A DNA stretch of 64,000 bases from Carcharhinus longimanus (taxonomy: Eukaryota): positions 72,177,615 through 72,241,614 of the forward strand of contig JASCQW010000032.1 of assembly GCA_030264375.1 (NCBI GenBank), given 5' to 3'. A program made the position numbers and the translations under genes. The notes beneath the pieces are model-generated. The model ran no database searches. It was not told the DNA's origin and saw nothing but the letters and a program-made list of their open reading frames with translations. Below are positions 1 through 13,619 of this stretch, piece by piece (the first letter of the stretch is position 1; every line of letters starts with the position of its first letter).

Positions 1-296
1 TTCAATGTTGCCCATTTTTCATTCTTGCCAAAAATCAAAAATTGCGTCTAGTGGGGTAAACTTTCAATGTGCTCTTTGGGTGTGAAACAGGACTTGCTGA
101 AGACTGAATGGAATCAGCCAATTTTCAAACCCAACAAAATGAACGGAGACAAAGATTTGACAGTTTATGTAATGGGCAGCTAATCCACAGATACCAATTT
201 ACCCCCAGGAGACAAATTAAAGATTATTCCCAGCATCTTGTCCCAGCAAATTAACAGCTCTTGGGATCTGGGTGCTCACTTTGTCTGAAAAATATA

Positions 297-422
297 GGCC
301 GAAATTTTACTGTCCTGCCCGCTACGGGAATCGAAGCGGGCGAGGGATGGACCATGGAAAGGTCCATTTAACTCGGGCGGGATTTTACGGTTTTGGGATG
401 AGTGAGGCCGTAAAAATCACCC
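297..422 (+). mobile_element. ~125-bp GC-rich MITE-like element (PIF/Harbinger-like)
   Basis: Ends ggccgaaattttac...gtaaaaatcaccc are inverted; internal sequence shared with copies at 30271, 38184 and 39331. Confidence 0.7.
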
Positions 423-2129
423 GAGGTACAGTCAAGGCAAAGGGAGTATGGACTTGAGTTAAATCACTCTTTGGTTAGCAGTTTTTTTGCTTGTCTTTTT
501 TGTTATTGCCCTCCAGAATTTTTATTTTTATTTCTAATGTTGACTAAATTTAAATGTAGAGTTGGGGCGCAAATAAAACTGCCCCTGAAACTAAAAAGCT
601 GCTGGACAAAAATACACAGAATGAAAGCTTCAAATGTAAACACTTGAGGAATTTTCCATTCTAAAAATAATGTTTTTGTAGTGAAGGAGCACTGATTGTA
701 GTTACTTATTATTGGGGGATGGGTGAAAATGCCATGTTCCCACATTTGCACAGCATAATTTATTGCAGATTATAAACTAAGCCAAATCATCTCTTTTTTG
801 TTCCTATGTAAAAAATCATAAATCTCTCCTCCTAAATATAGCTTCCCAAATTAGTTTTCTTCCTCATTATATGTGCTTATTCCAATTAAAATTGTTTAAA
901 CTATGCTGTCACCTCATTGTTGTGAATGTGTTCTTGCTTTGTTAATGGCTAGAAGTTGTAAAATAGAGAGACTAGTATCCAACTCCAAGATTAGATCAAT
1001 GTGCATAAACTTTTACAGCAAAATACTTCCAAGTGCTAAAAATATATAGCAATAAATAACAGTAGATTCTCCAATAGAATACCAATAATGTCTGTTGATT
1101 GAAATGTACACCCAACTGTTCCAAAAAGAGCAGTTCCATATAATGTTAACAAAAACGTAGATTAATCCCGATATAATTAACCGCTTATATTTGGCAATGA
1201 TAATTAAAGGTAAACCCCAATATAACAGAAGGAATAGTGAAAAATGTTATTATAGCTACCATATAAGCTTTATTCAAAGCAAAGCATAGCATTCTAGGGT
1301 GATTTTTGTGTGCATTTTCCATAACTATTGCCACCAAAAATAAATTAATTTGTGATTCATCATGTGTCTTTGTGAAACCTTGTTCTGAGCATATGCTTAT
1401 CCATAAAACAAAGTCATGTGATTTCAAAGTACTTCAAATGACTTATGTTATTTATGTACTTACCAAAATAAGGTGCAAGAAAAACTACAGAGTAGGTTTC
1501 TTAATGTTAACGCTGGGAACACCTTATTATTGGTGTACACTGCTTAACCAGCTAGCTGAATGCACCCCAAACCCCAACATACATATATCACAACCTGTTT
1601 TGACACTGAGCTGTTAGAATGCTCGGGGCAGGGAGGTGGCAAATCCTAATGCAGCCCCTGTTACATTTTCTAGATGATCAAATGAATAACGTAAAAATTG
1701 GGAAGGATTTTTTTAGAAGTAAGTGTTCTTTTTCCCATATGATTTACCTGTATTCATTGCCTGAAGACAATGCGACAGCCCAGATGCAGGAACAGGAAAG
1801 TCTGTCTGGGAACGTTTTATAAATATAATTGTTTCTATCTTTCTTTCTTACTTCTCAAGTCAATTTGTTGGGAAATTAAAATGAGCAGATGGAGGAAATG
1901 TACTCTCGCACTGCCCCCACATCCAGCGAACACTTAAAGAGTGGCATGTTAAGAGACTGATGCTACAGTTGTAAGCCTATGAAGGCCAGCCAATTGTTGT
2001 TGAATAGGAATGAACCTGATTTGTTGCACAAGTGTAGAATGAAACCAATTTTTTGAATTCTAGCTAGTTATATTTCATTCCCCATATAAGAAATAAACAT
2101 GTGTAATGAGAACAGAACTAATTTGGGAA

Positions 2130-2470
2130 GTTATATGTATGAGGAGAGACTTCGAACAGTATTCTTTTACACTGCCATAGAAAAAAGGTGATTTAATAGA
2201 TGTTTTTAGGATTCTGAGGCTTTTCAATGGGATCAATGGGGAAGGCCAATTTCCTCTGGTTGGGCAACTAGTGATGAAAGATCTACAATTTAAAATTATC
2301 ACTAAGAAGGTGGGGAGGGAGTTTCAGGAAATTGGTTTATGTAGAATGTTGCTGGAGTGTGGATTGATTTGACACAAGAAACACTTCAGGCGGAGACTAT
2401 TGCACCTTTAAGATAATAACAAATATGCACTTGAAACAGAAAAAAGATGCAAGAATACAGGGACAAGATG
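2130..2470 (+). mobile_element. Degenerate CR1-type LINE 3' fragment
   Basis: Decayed equivalents of the RGDLI..FKI and RVV..W motifs seen in better-preserved CR1 copies in this window. Confidence 0.55.
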
Positions 2471-2478
2471 AACACATA

Positions 2479-2611
2479 GGACGGGACTTTCCGACCACAG
2501 TAGTCCTGAAACTATAAAATCCCAGCCAAGGACTTTCCATTGTCTCCACCCCCCACCCCCCCACCCTCCACCCCCGATTCCCATGGCGGGTGGGGCAGTA
2601 ACATTCCGGCC
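2479..2611 (-). mobile_element. MITE-like element, same family as 297-422
   Basis: ggacgggactttcc...cagtaacattccggcc with internal cccgattcccatggcggg. Confidence 0.6.
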
Positions 2612-2769
2612 ATTGAGATTAATGCTTTAATCCTCAAACAGAGATCCAGAACTGATAGAATAGATGAGAAGGCCTTGTTTGTTTCTATACTTCATGTAAA
2701 TGATTAAAGATATCAATTCATACAATACAAATAGATCTTCCATGATTATATTTATAATAATTGTTATAT

Positions 2770-3093
2770 GATAGAAACATAGTAACTCGAAGCAGGAGTA
2801 GGCCATTTGGCCCTTTGAGCCTGCCCTGACATTCATTTTGATCATGGCTGATCATTGAGTTCAATATTCTGATCCCCCCTTCATCTCATATCCCTTGATC
2901 CCTTTAGCCCCAAGAGCTATATCTAATTTCTTCTTGAAATCAGACAACGGTTTGGCCTCAACTACATTCTGTGGTCATGAATTCCACACGTTCACCACAT
3001 TCTGAGTGAAGATATTTCCCTTCAGTTTTAAAAGCTTTACCCCTCATCCTCAAACTATGACCCCTCGTTCTGGACAGCCCCACCACTGGGAAC
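2770..3093 (-). mobile_element. CR1/HER1 LINE 3' end
   Basis: Reverse complement of the tail ...cagccatgatc...aagggccaaatggcctactcctgct; matches 8950-9068. Confidence 0.8.
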
Positions 3094-5142
3094 ATGATGA
3101 TAGACACCACGTGGTGTGCAATCCTTTCCCTTTAAGGCCATAACATTCTAATTGCTGTGAATAAATGGATCTTGCAGTCATTTAGGGGTTAATACTACTG
3201 ATACGAGAAGTTCACAGATCAGCAGGTGGTTGAAAATTTCAGGCCCCAAGCAAAAAGAAACCAGGATGAAATGGTTGGCTTCCTTTTTCTTTATCTTTTA
3301 AATGCCTTTTGACAGAATTCTGAAATGTGATGGCCTCATAACTTCTGTGAAGATAACCTATGGATAAGATAATTGCCCTCTCATGTCTGAAAACCTGAGA
3401 GTTGTGTTGTTCCTTGGTGGCATTTATTTATTTTTTGCTTGCCTGTTAAGGAGCTCAACACAAGTTGCTGGATCAAACACTTAGCTGTGGACCATTCATT
3501 CGGAAATGAATGATCAGAAAATCCTATGCAGCCAGAGCCAGATTTTTTAATAAATTGGTGGGCAAAGCTCTCTCCAAGGATTGCAAAGTCATAAATTTAC
3601 CCTCAAGGATTTATATATTAGCGTGCAGCAAATGTTATGGAGGAACTGATCAAAGTCTTCACATATGATGCTGGAGGACTGAAGCATCTATGAATGCTAA
3701 AAATGAAGCCCATACCAAAGTAATGTGAGCATAGTATCACTATATTACACATTGTAAGTATGTTTGCAATATTTGGAGAAAACATAATAGAATTTTAAAT
3801 GTATTAATTTAAAACACTTCTTGACGGTTCAGTGCGTAACGGCACTATATGGCTTTTTATTAAAGCATGCAGACTGGGTCAGTCCCTGCTCTGTGCTAAG
3901 TTAGTTGAGAAAAACGTTGGGTTTTCAACTGGCCATGCCATTTCTTGACCTGAATCAGCTTGTTGTCTCCTCCTGCTCACTCTCCACTTTTCAGAGTGCG
4001 TGAGTGGAATACTGAGAATCCATCCCTATCTATTAGTTGAATTTTCTTTTATTCAGCACCTAGGCATGACTGAAAAGGCCAGTATTTATTACCCATCCGA
4101 ACTGCACTTAAAAAGGTAGTGGCAAGCCACTTTCCCGAATCAATGCAATCTGTGTGATGAAGGTTCTTCCACAGTGCTGTCAAGTAGTGAGTTCCAGGAT
4201 TTTGACAATCAGAAACAGCAATATATTTTCAGGATGGTGCATGATGTGGAGGGGAGCTTAGAGGTCCTTTGCTCTTATTCTTTTAGGTGACAAGGTTTCA
4301 GGTTTTGGAGGCATTGCCATTGGGGTCTTGATGAGTTTCTACTTGTAGATTGTTCACAGTGCAGCCATGTTACAGTAGTTGTGGAGAGAATAAGTGCTTA
4401 AGATGATGTATGGGTTGGTGATCAAGGGAATTTTTTTGTCTTGGATGGAGTCGAGCTTGAGTACTGCTGGATGAACACTCATCAAAGCAAATCGGCAATA
4501 TTCTATCACATTTTTGACCTGTGACTTGTAGACGGTAGAAAAACTTTGGGGAGTCAGGAAGTGAACAAACAACTGCAAAATGCTTTGTTTCTGACCTGCT
4601 CTTGGAACTATCATATTTATGTGGCTGGTCTAATTAGGTTTTTGGTCAACCGTGACCCCGAGGATGTTGATATTGAAGGATTTGATGGTGGAATATCTTT
4701 GAGTACCAAGGGGAGCTGGTTTGCTTCATTGTTTTGTTGTCGATAATCAATCTTTGGCAATTCTGTGGCCAAAATGTTGCTTGTCACTCATCAGTCTAAG
4801 CCTGAATGTTGTCCAGGTCTTGCTGTATGCAAGCACGGACTGCTTCATTATCTGAAGAATTGTGAGCAGAACTGAACTTTGTGCAACCAGTAGTGAACAT
4901 AATTCAATTCAGACCTGATGATGAGGGGAAAGTCATTGATGAAAGTATTGAAAATCACTGGACCATAGCATTGCCCTGAGCAACTCCTGCAGTGGCATTC
5001 AGGCGACCGGTAGCAACAACAACAACAATCATTCTTTGCATGAGGTATGACTTTGGTCAGTGAACAGATTTCCCAGACCATTAGTAACTTCAATGCTCCT
5101 GGTGTCAAACTCTGTCAAATGTTGTCAAGATCAGGTAGAATT

Positions 5143-5340
5143 GTAGAATCATAGAATCACTGAGGTGCAGAAGAAGACATTTGGCCCATTGAGTCTGCAC
5201 TGACTCTCTGACAGAGAATCTTACCCAGGCCCTTACCCCCACCCTGTCCCTGTAACCCCATATATTTACCATGGCCAATCCACATTTAGGGGCACTAAGG
5301 GGCAATTTAGCATGGTCAATCTACCTAACCTGCACACCTT
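5143..5340 (-). mobile_element. HE1-type SINE, 3' part
   Basis: catagaatc...ggcccattgagtctgcac...gggcaatttagcatgg. Confidence 0.8.
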
Positions 5341-5371
5341 CATTTCACCTCTAAAATTAAACTCCTTTATT

Positions 5372-5688
5372 CATAGATCATAGATTCCTTACAGTGCAGG
5401 AGGAGGCCATTTGGCCCATCAAATCTGCACCAACAACAATCCCACCCAGGCCCTATCCCCTTCACCCCATCTATTTACGCTGCTAACTAAAGGGCAACTT
5501 AGCATGGCCAATTCACCTAACCTGCACATCTTTGGATCGTGGGAGGAAACTGGAGCACCTGGAGGAAACCCATGCAGACATGTGGAGAATGTGCACACTC
5601 CACACAGCCAGTGACCTGAGGCCATAATTGAACCCAATCTCTGGCGCTGTGAGGCAGCAGTGCTAATCACTGTGCCACTGTATCACCC
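5372..5688 (-). mobile_element. HE1-type V-SINE, full length
   Basis: tRNA-like head (gtggcacagtgattagcactgctgcctcacagc), V-domain core and CR1-type tail. Confidence 0.9.
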
Positions 5689-6295
5689 CATGCTTGGACC
5701 TCAACTGTAATGAAATCTGGAGCTGAGTGATCTTGAAAGAACCCAAACTAACCATCAGTGAACAGGTTATTGATGAGTAAGTGCTCTTTGATAGCAATGA
5801 TAATGACACCTTCTGCCACTTTTCTAATGATTGAGGTGGGACAGTAATTGTTGGATTAGATTTGTCCTCCTTTTCACTGACAAGATTTAGCAAGGTAATG
5901 TTTGCATTGTTGGACCGATTTGGAGCAGCTTGTTCTCAGACACAACTATTTCGGAAACACAGATCTTCAAAACTACAGTCAGTACATTACTGGAATTTAT
6001 AGCTTTTTTCTATTCAGTGCACACAACCGTTTCTTACTATCATGTGAATTGAGTCAGATTAGCTGAAGACTGGCATCTTTGATGGTGGAACCTCAGGAGA
6101 AGGTCAAAGACCTCAAGAAAAGATCAAATCTGATAACCAATTGCCTCTTCTGGCTGAAGAGTTTTGCGAATGTTTCAAACTTGTGCTGGGCTCTGACATC
6201 ATTGAGAATTCGTGGAGCTCTATTCTCTCATTGGCTGTCTAATTGTCCACTAATATTCATGATTGGATGTAGCAGGACTGAGGAGTACAGATAGG

Positions 6296-6445
6296 TCCAT
6301 AAGACCATAAGATATAGGGACAGAATTAAGCCACTTGGCCCATCCAGTCTGTTCCGCCATTCCATCATGGCTGATCATTTTCTCTCATGCCCATTCTCCT
6401 GCTTTTTCCCTGTAACCCGTGATCCCCTTATTAATCAAGAACAGA
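6296..6445 (-). mobile_element. CR1/HER1 LINE 3' tail
   Basis: cataagaccataaga...ccatcatggctgatc. Confidence 0.75.
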
Positions 6446-6495
6446 TCATGTGATCCATTGGTCGTGGGATTGCTTAGTTTTGACTTTGACATGAT

Positions 6496-7359
6496 GGGCG
6501 TGATTTTACCATCTGGCCATTCCAGTGAACAGCGCAGTGAGCTGGGAAACCTGTGTGCAATGCTAAAAATCTGATTGCTGCCCAACACCAAATTGTTTTC
6601 CATGTTTCCGGCCCCTTTCCAGGAAGGGTGAAAAGTCAATTAGCACATTTAAAATAGCATTTAAACATGCATTGCCCATTCGAAACTCAATGCACAGAAT
6701 CTTCTGGCCTTTGAGTGCAGTGCCACAACAGCACAGACCTTGTACGATTGTCAGTCTGGGGTGGGGGCTTGGAGGCCATCGAAGCACCCCCCCCAGGTGG
6801 TCAGGGGCATGGCCAGGCAGTGCCCATTGGACACCTTGGCAATGCCCACCATGCAATCTGATAGTGGCCAATAGACATTCCTGGTGGTGCCAGTTGGGCA
6901 CATCCTGCGTGCCTGAAGCGGTTCTGGGGGTAGGTTGGGCTTGAGTGAGGGCCATGTTTAGGGGGGTGGGGGCTATGCAGGGGAGATTGTATGGGGGTGG
7001 ATTATGGAGGAGGTCATGATGGGGGTGAATGTCATGGGGGTCCTGATGCCCCAATGCCAGTGACCCATGTTGGGGGGGTGGGGGGAGAACATGCTGCTGG
7101 GGATGGGGGTCAGGGGTGTCCTGATGTCTGTGAAGTACTCCCAGCACACTCTGACATCAGAGTGCCCTTGCAAAACTTTGCCTGAGCCCTCTGCAACCGG
7201 CTGAGCAGCGTGTTTAGGTCCCACCACCCTGAGCACCAGCGTGAAACTCCAGCAAAGTGACTGAGTGTCGAAAGATCGCAGTGCGGAGTGCCCCTGAGAG
7301 AATTACACAGTTCACCCCATTTTCCTCACCATTATGACATTTTGGGTAAATTTCCACCC
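6496..7359. mobile_element. GC-rich non-autonomous TIR element (Harbinger-like)
   Basis: Ends gggcgtgattttacc / ggtaaatttccaccc are inverted; sharp GC rise; source of the spurious ORFs at 6563-7236. Confidence 0.65.
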
Positions 7360-8119
7360 GCTGTTCCCACTGTACAGCACGCATGCAGTCCTATGTTGTT
7401 CCTTCACCAGGTTCGTGTCTCTTTCTCAGAGATCTTGATACTGCTCTTGGCATGCACTTCTATACCGAGGAACCTAGGCGCATAGCCTGGCTTGATGGCA
7501 ATGGTAGTGTGTGGGATATGTTCGGCTAGGTGGTTACAGATTCTGGTTGAGTACAATCCTGCTGCTGACGGTCCAGTGTGCTCACAGGTGCCCAGTATTG
7601 AATTGCTAGATCTGTTCTGAATCTATCCCGTTTTGCGTGATGGTAATGTCATATAACATGGTGGAGAGCATTCTCAGTGTGAAGATAGGAGTTTGTCTTC
7701 ACAAGGATTGTTCAAGTGAAAATTCCAAAGCCCAACGCTGGGGAAAGTGGCATGCTGAACGAATTTGTATTCTGCTCTCCTTTGACTTTAAGTATGTGGC
7801 AGTTTTAGCAAATATTAATTCGATTTTCAAATCTCTAAACCTTTGTGTCTCAGTTAGAAACAAAATTATTGTGTTTTCCATGCAAATTTCACCCACGACT
7901 GCCAGTAAAGAGAGTGACTCACTTCCAACTAATACACATTTAAATATTTAAAAAGAAATCCCCTCTCTTGAACAAGACTTATTAAGTTTGCACATTAAAC
8001 ACGGTTGGGGATTTTTGTTTATATTACAGGTTAATTGGTTTATTTAGAAACCTGACTGAATTTGCCTAATGCTCAGCCACAGCCTTGGTAACTGTGTTCC
8101 GCACGTGGTGATCTTTGTG

Positions 8120-9120
8120 GGTGGCACGGTGGTGACCACTGCTGTCCCACAGCGCCAGGGACCCGGGTTCGATTCCCAGTTTGGGTCACTGTCTGTGTGG
8201 AGTTTGCACGTTCTTCTCATGTCTGCGTGGTTTTCCTCCGGATGGCCTGGTTTCCTCCCACCGTCCGAAAGATGTACTGCTTAGGTGCGTTGGCCGCGCT
8301 AAATCCATGCTAAGTTCTCCCTCAGTGTTCCCGAACAGGCACCAGAGAGTGGTGAGCAGGGCATTCTCATAGTTGCTGAAGATAAGAATGCAGGTGCAGC
8401 AGGCGGTAAAGAAGGCAAATGGTATGTTGGCTTTCATTGCGAGAGGTTTCGAATACAGGAGCAGGCATGTGTTGTTGCACCTATATAGGACCTTCATGAG
8501 NNNNNNNNNNNNNNNNNNNNNNNNNNNNNNNNNNNNNNNNNNNNNNNNNNNNNNNNNNNNNNNNNNNNNNNNNNNNNNNNNNNNNNNNNNNNNNNNNNNN
8601 NNNNNNNNNNNNNNNNNNNNNNNNNNNNNNNNNNNNNNNNNNNNNNNNNNNNNNNNNNNNNNNNNNNNNNNNNNNNNNNNNNNNNNNNNNNNNNNNNNNN
8701 NNNNNNNNNNNNNNNNNNNNNNNNNNNNNNNNNNNNNNNNNNNNNNNNNNNNNNNNNNNNNNNNNNNNNNNNNNNNNNNNNNNNNNNNNNNNNNNNNNNN
8801 NNNNNNNNNNNNNNNNNNAGACATTTCTTCACCCAAAGAGTGGTGAGCCTGTGGAATTCATTACCACGGGAAGTAGTTGATGCCAAAACATTGAATGTAT
8901 TCAGGAGGCAGCTGGATATAGCACTTGGGGCGAATGGAATCAAAGGTTATGGGGAGAAAGCAGGATTAGGCTATTGAGTTGGACAATCAGCCATGATCGT
9001 AATGAATGGTGGAGCAGGCTCGAAGGGCCAAATGGCCTCTTCCTGCTCCAATCTTCTATGTTTCTATGTAACTTCATTATAGTGTTAACGTAAGTCTACT
9101 TGTAACACTAATAAATAAAA
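8120..9120 (+). mobile_element. HE1-type SINE (alternative tail B) split by a CR1 insertion
   Basis: Head and core at 8120-8372; the tail taacttcatt...cttgtaacactaataaa resumes at ~9069. Confidence 0.8.
8373..9068 (+). mobile_element. CR1/HER1 LINE 3' fragment (spans a gap)
   Basis: QVQQAVKKANGMLAFIARGFEYRS motif of the CR1 ORF2 C-terminus; tail ...cctgctccaatcttctatgtttctatg. Confidence 0.9.
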
Positions 9121-9779
9121 TTTTTAAAAAACAATTTGTATCCCCTCAGCTCTCCTCCCTGCCTGGTCCCCTAGATGAGACAGCCTACCCATTTTGCACT
9201 GAACCCGCTGACCTCTGCTCTTGCCTTGGGGCCATTGCTCAATCGTTTACTCATCTAATCTATATTCCCTGTTAGAATTTTGATTTTTCCACCAATGGTT
9301 GTCAATCAAACAAAGTGGCAATCCATTGTTGGAGCTTTCTATCGTAGGGTTTAAGGGCAGGATGCAGAGGAGATTCTATTCAATCGGGATGTAGAACAGT
9401 TCACAGCTCAAGCTATTTCTTATGATTAATGTGAAGAATGCTGAACGAACTCTTTTAGCCATCATGTGAGACTCCCCACCATGTCATCATTAGGCACCAC
9501 AGTGCCCTGTGTGATCAGCCATGTCACTGACCTCTAAGGCTGATACTAGTCAACCCTACCAATTAAGAAGTGCAATTGCAACTGGTGAGGATGAAGCCTG
9601 TAGGTTTTTCCTTTCATATTCTTTCTTTCACCACCCGCCACAAGATTAATCTGCCAGCTTCAGTCTGGACAGAGATGTACTGATGCACCATTCTTCATGA
9701 TGGACAATTTATACCTTTGCAACTCTTGGTGCTTTTTCCAAATAGCGTTCAACATGAAAGGGTAACAATTTATCAGCTC

Positions 9780-10445
9780 AGAATGGACAGGAGATGACAA
9801 GCATTTGGGAGTTTTCCTTACCCATGTTTGACCTGAGGCCATGAGACTTCATGAAGTTCAAAGATAATGTTAGATTCCCAGGGTTACTCACATCTAACTA
9901 TGGCTTTATCTCTAATGATCTAACCTTCCAGTGGGACTACACCTTCCCAGGGATAGTGATGGAGGAGTACTGGCCATTGACTGAAAGATATTATTCAGTG
10001 AGCGTTCCATGCCAAAATATTGCTTGATGTGGGGTGTGAGAGACCTCTTTTAACTTTGGAATAAGTGCCCAAAGTTTGTCAGGAGGATTGAGATTGGTAA
10101 TCCTTTGGCATGTCTAAATCCACCACAGTCAAAACCGAGTGTTCTGTCCAGTTTGATTCTCATTGTCCCACATTCCCATAGTTTGATATGACTGAGTGAT
10201 TCGCGAGATCATTTAGTGCACAGCTTGGAGCAATCCATGTTCTTGTGGATCTGGAATCAGATAGATCAGGCCAGGTAAGGATGGTATGTTTCCTTCCCTA
10301 AAGGTGCAGCAAATTCTTCACCTTCACCTTTGATACCTAAAAGACTTCAGTGAATTTAGTCGGATTTCTACATTAATTTGTTAGCTTCATGCTCACCTTC
10401 ACTGATATGAACTCTCTATTTTTGATTCACATCGTTGTAGAATTT
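9780..10445 (-). mobile_element. Decayed LINE fragment plus SINE family-2 fragment
   Basis: ggccaggtaaggatggtatgtttccttccctaaagg matches family-2 SINE copies; upstream part is LINE-like. Confidence 0.5.
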
Positions 10446-11054
10446 GAACTTGTGTTACAAGATGCAGATTATTCCAGGTCTCCCTGGTCTCACCTCACCC
10501 TCTATTTCTGTACCTTCTCCAGCCTCACAAACCTATGACATCTCTGCATTTCTCCAATTCTGGTCTGTTACACATTCCCAATACTCACAGTTCTACCATT
10601 GCCAATTATGTTGCCAGCTTGTCAAATTACATTGTTAAGGTTTGTTAAATACATTATTAAGGTTAATAGAGACAGGTGATGGGTGTTAATTGAGTACATA
10701 TAAATAGGGGACAGCTGGGACATGGGTGGTATGGAAGAAGACCTTTGAGACTGGTTGAGTCAACAAACTTGCTCTCAATAAATGACAACTCTGTGACTTG
10801 GTTTCTGCTCCACCAATTGGCTTGGATCTTATTCACAGACTGCATCTTCAGCTGTCTCAGTTCTCAGCTGTGGAATTCTCTATCTAAAGCTCCTGAAAAT
10901 GTGCTTCCTTGACCAAGCTTTTGGACATCTGTTCCCATATCACCTTGTAGCTCAATGTGAAGTTTTGCTTGACAATTGCTCCTGTGAATTTGGGATGCTG
11001 TCAAAGATGCATATGAGCCAAAGCAGGAAACACTTCCACCATGTAGACAACTAA

Positions 11055-11333
11055 TGGTGGTGCAGTGGCACTGTGGTTAGTATGGCTGCCTCACAACGCC
11101 AGGGACCCGGGTTCAGTTCTGTCCTTGGGTCACTGTCTGTGTGGAGTTTGCCTGTGTCTGCATGGGTTTCCCCCAGGTGCTTCAGTTTCCTTCCAAGTCC
11201 AAAGATGTGCAGGTTAGGCCATGCTAAATTGTTCAGGGGATTAGCAGGGTAAATATATAGGGCCTGGGTGAGATTGTAGTCAGTGCAGACTTAACGGGCT
11301 GAATGGCCTCCTGCATTATAGAGATTCTATGAT
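11055..11333 (+). mobile_element. HE1-type SINE
   Basis: Head, V core and tail gggctgaatggcctcc...gattctatga. Confidence 0.85.
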
Positions 11334-12819
11334 AATGGTTGATGATAGACCTTGTGCAGGCTGCACAGAATCTGATTTACTTGAAATCGCTTGAGGATTT
11401 GGATGATCTTTGTTGGAGGTTAAGAAAAGAAAGAAGAATTTTCCTGATGAGAAAGAAGGCTTTGTGTGCTGGAAAAATGAAGTGGTCAGTATTCCCCTTT
11501 CACATGGAATTGCACGGTTTTCACCACAAAGTGATTGCTGATGTAAAGGGTAGCAAAGATGATGCCAATAAGGTTGATTTGAGATTCCAGAGTTAGAATT
11601 AAGGTCCAACTGTTTTAAGAAGTGTCTCCTACAACAGCTGAAATATGTTCAAAGCTGAATATTTCAGGACTTGGAGCTCTGATGTTCTTGTAAAATTAAC
11701 CAATATTCTTAGAAAAGTGATGTGTGCCCTTGTCAGGGTCCTTTGCTACACTATTGACTAATTCAATTAAACTTTGAGTCATGAAGTGAGTTTAATTGAG
11801 ACAGGCTGGCTGTGACGACGGCTATGTGCCAAAGTCAAGATGCATTCTAAGTTCACGATAAAAGTAAGTGGAAAAAGAAATTGACGGATTTACCTTTAGA
11901 TCCTTCATACTTGTTTTTCTGATAACTTGACATATGTGCACTGTGCAAGAGCTAATACACAACTCTTACATCCATGCACATACATTCTAAGATAAATTGT
12001 ATTTATCTGCCACTTAAATTATTTACTAAAGAGGCAGCACAGCAGTTAATACATTACCATGCCAAAGTGTTAGGGGACAGGCTGATAAAATGTGGCTCAT
12101 ATTCATATTTTGCTGCACCACAAGTTTCCAATATTAGCTGGTACTTAATCAGCAAATACTTCACAGAATCAAGGAATCACTGCAGCACAGAAGGAGGCCA
12201 TTCAGCCCATTGTGTCTGCACCAGCTCTCTGTAGGAGCGATTTACTGAGTGCCTCTCCCTTATATTACAATAGTGATTACATTACAAAACCATGTAATTG
12301 GCTTTTTAAATGCTTTTGGGATGTTCTGAAATGCTGTACAAATGTGAAGTTCTTTCTTTCTTTAAGTCCCCTTTGAGAAAGAAGAAAGAAAAGCAAAGGT
12401 GAAGTATTGGGGGATTCAGGTGAAATCTGACTGTCCATCATCCTGGTCCAAGGAATATTCCACTGTAAAGGGCAGCACCCTGACTCGGAAATAAATCCTT
12501 TTCAGTTGCTGGGTCAAAATCCTGGAATTCTCTCCTCAGTGGCATTGTGGGTCAACCCACAGCATGTGGACTGCAGCGATTCAAGAAGGTAGCTCATCAC
12601 CACCTTCTCAAGGGCAACTAGGGATGGGCAATAAATGCTGGCCAGTTAGTGAATCCCATGTCCCATGGCTAAGAAGAAGTAAGGGAATATGGAATAATGC
12701 AAAGAACAACATACTAGAAATGATCAAGAAAAATCATTTTGAAGGAAGCACAGATGGTTTTGCTGCTGTCCTGCTCAATGTTCTGTGATCAAACCATACT
12801 GTAAGGCCCTTACCAAGGA

Positions 12820-13110
12820 TCTGCACGGTGGTTAGCACTGCTGCCTCACGCTGCCAGGGACCTGGATTCAATTCTAGCCTTGGGTGGCTGCATGTTCTCC
12901 CTGTGTCTGTGTGGGTTTCCTCCGAGTGCACCAGCTTCCGCTCACAGTCCAAAGATGTGCAGGTTAGGTTGATTGGCCATGTTAAATTTCCCTTAGTGTC
13001 AGGGAGATTTGCAGGGGTTACAGGGAGAGGGCCTGGGTGGGATTGTTGTTGATGCAAGCATAATGGGCCAAGTGGCGTCCTTCTACACTGTAGAGATTCT
13101 ATGATTCTAT
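12820..13110 (+). mobile_element. HE1-type SINE
   Basis: gtggttagcactgctgcctcac...gattctatgattctat. Confidence 0.85.
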
Positions 13111-13619
13111 CTCAGCGGGATGCCACTGCAATCATCTTAAATATTTTTCAGTCGTCCATCCACAAGAACACAGGTTGACAAAATGTTCAGTGCCCTTACC
13201 ACTGAAGTGATTTACCCTATCGATGAACGTGACCACATAAGCATATTGTGGAGGTCTGTGCCCAGTTCCGCAGTAGCTGCTGAGTTATTTATCTTGTCAA
13301 ATATCCCCCTGATTTTCTCATCTGGCAGGGCAGATACGTGAGAGAGGGATGTTGGGGGGGAGGGACAATTCACTTCAATCTTAGCCCCGACACGCCGTCA
13401 CAAACGCATTGCGCTTGAGCAGTTCAGAAATAAAAAATACCTATAACAGCAAGAGGAGAATCATTGAGCTCACCATTTTATTCCTGAAGCAACTCTTTCA
13501 ATGCACAGATAGGTCTGGGGCTCATCTCTACAGCCAGTGTCTCATCCATAATGACATCCAGTCATGAGTTAGACAACATTGCTGTCCAAGGAGGACTGGA
13601 ACTGCAGCAGGCAGACCGA

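Larger units (their letters stand above)
4050..7700 (-). mobile_element. Old LINE (CR1/L2-like) interrupted by SINEs, a CR1 tail and a TIR element
   Basis: The 3' tail ggccagtatttattacccatcc at ~4078 matches the SINE family-2 tail; decayed RT-like segment (GPVIFNTFINDFPLIIRS, ORF 4848-5108). Confidence 0.65.

Noticed and set aside
1674-1718. 45-nt plus-strand micro-exon (DDQMNNVKIGKDFFR, AG...gtaagt)
   Set aside because: Splice-like matches of this quality are expected by chance, the strand is opposite to the best exon, and the peptide is not recognised.
6563-7236. Longest gap-free ORF (194 aa) and overlapping ORFs
   Set aside because: They lie in a GC-rich TIR element, have low-complexity Pro/His translations and are open in several frames because of base composition.
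11339-11596. 85-aa ORF with protein-like composition
   Set aside because: Starts at a SINE tail, lacks splice signals and has no recognisable motif.
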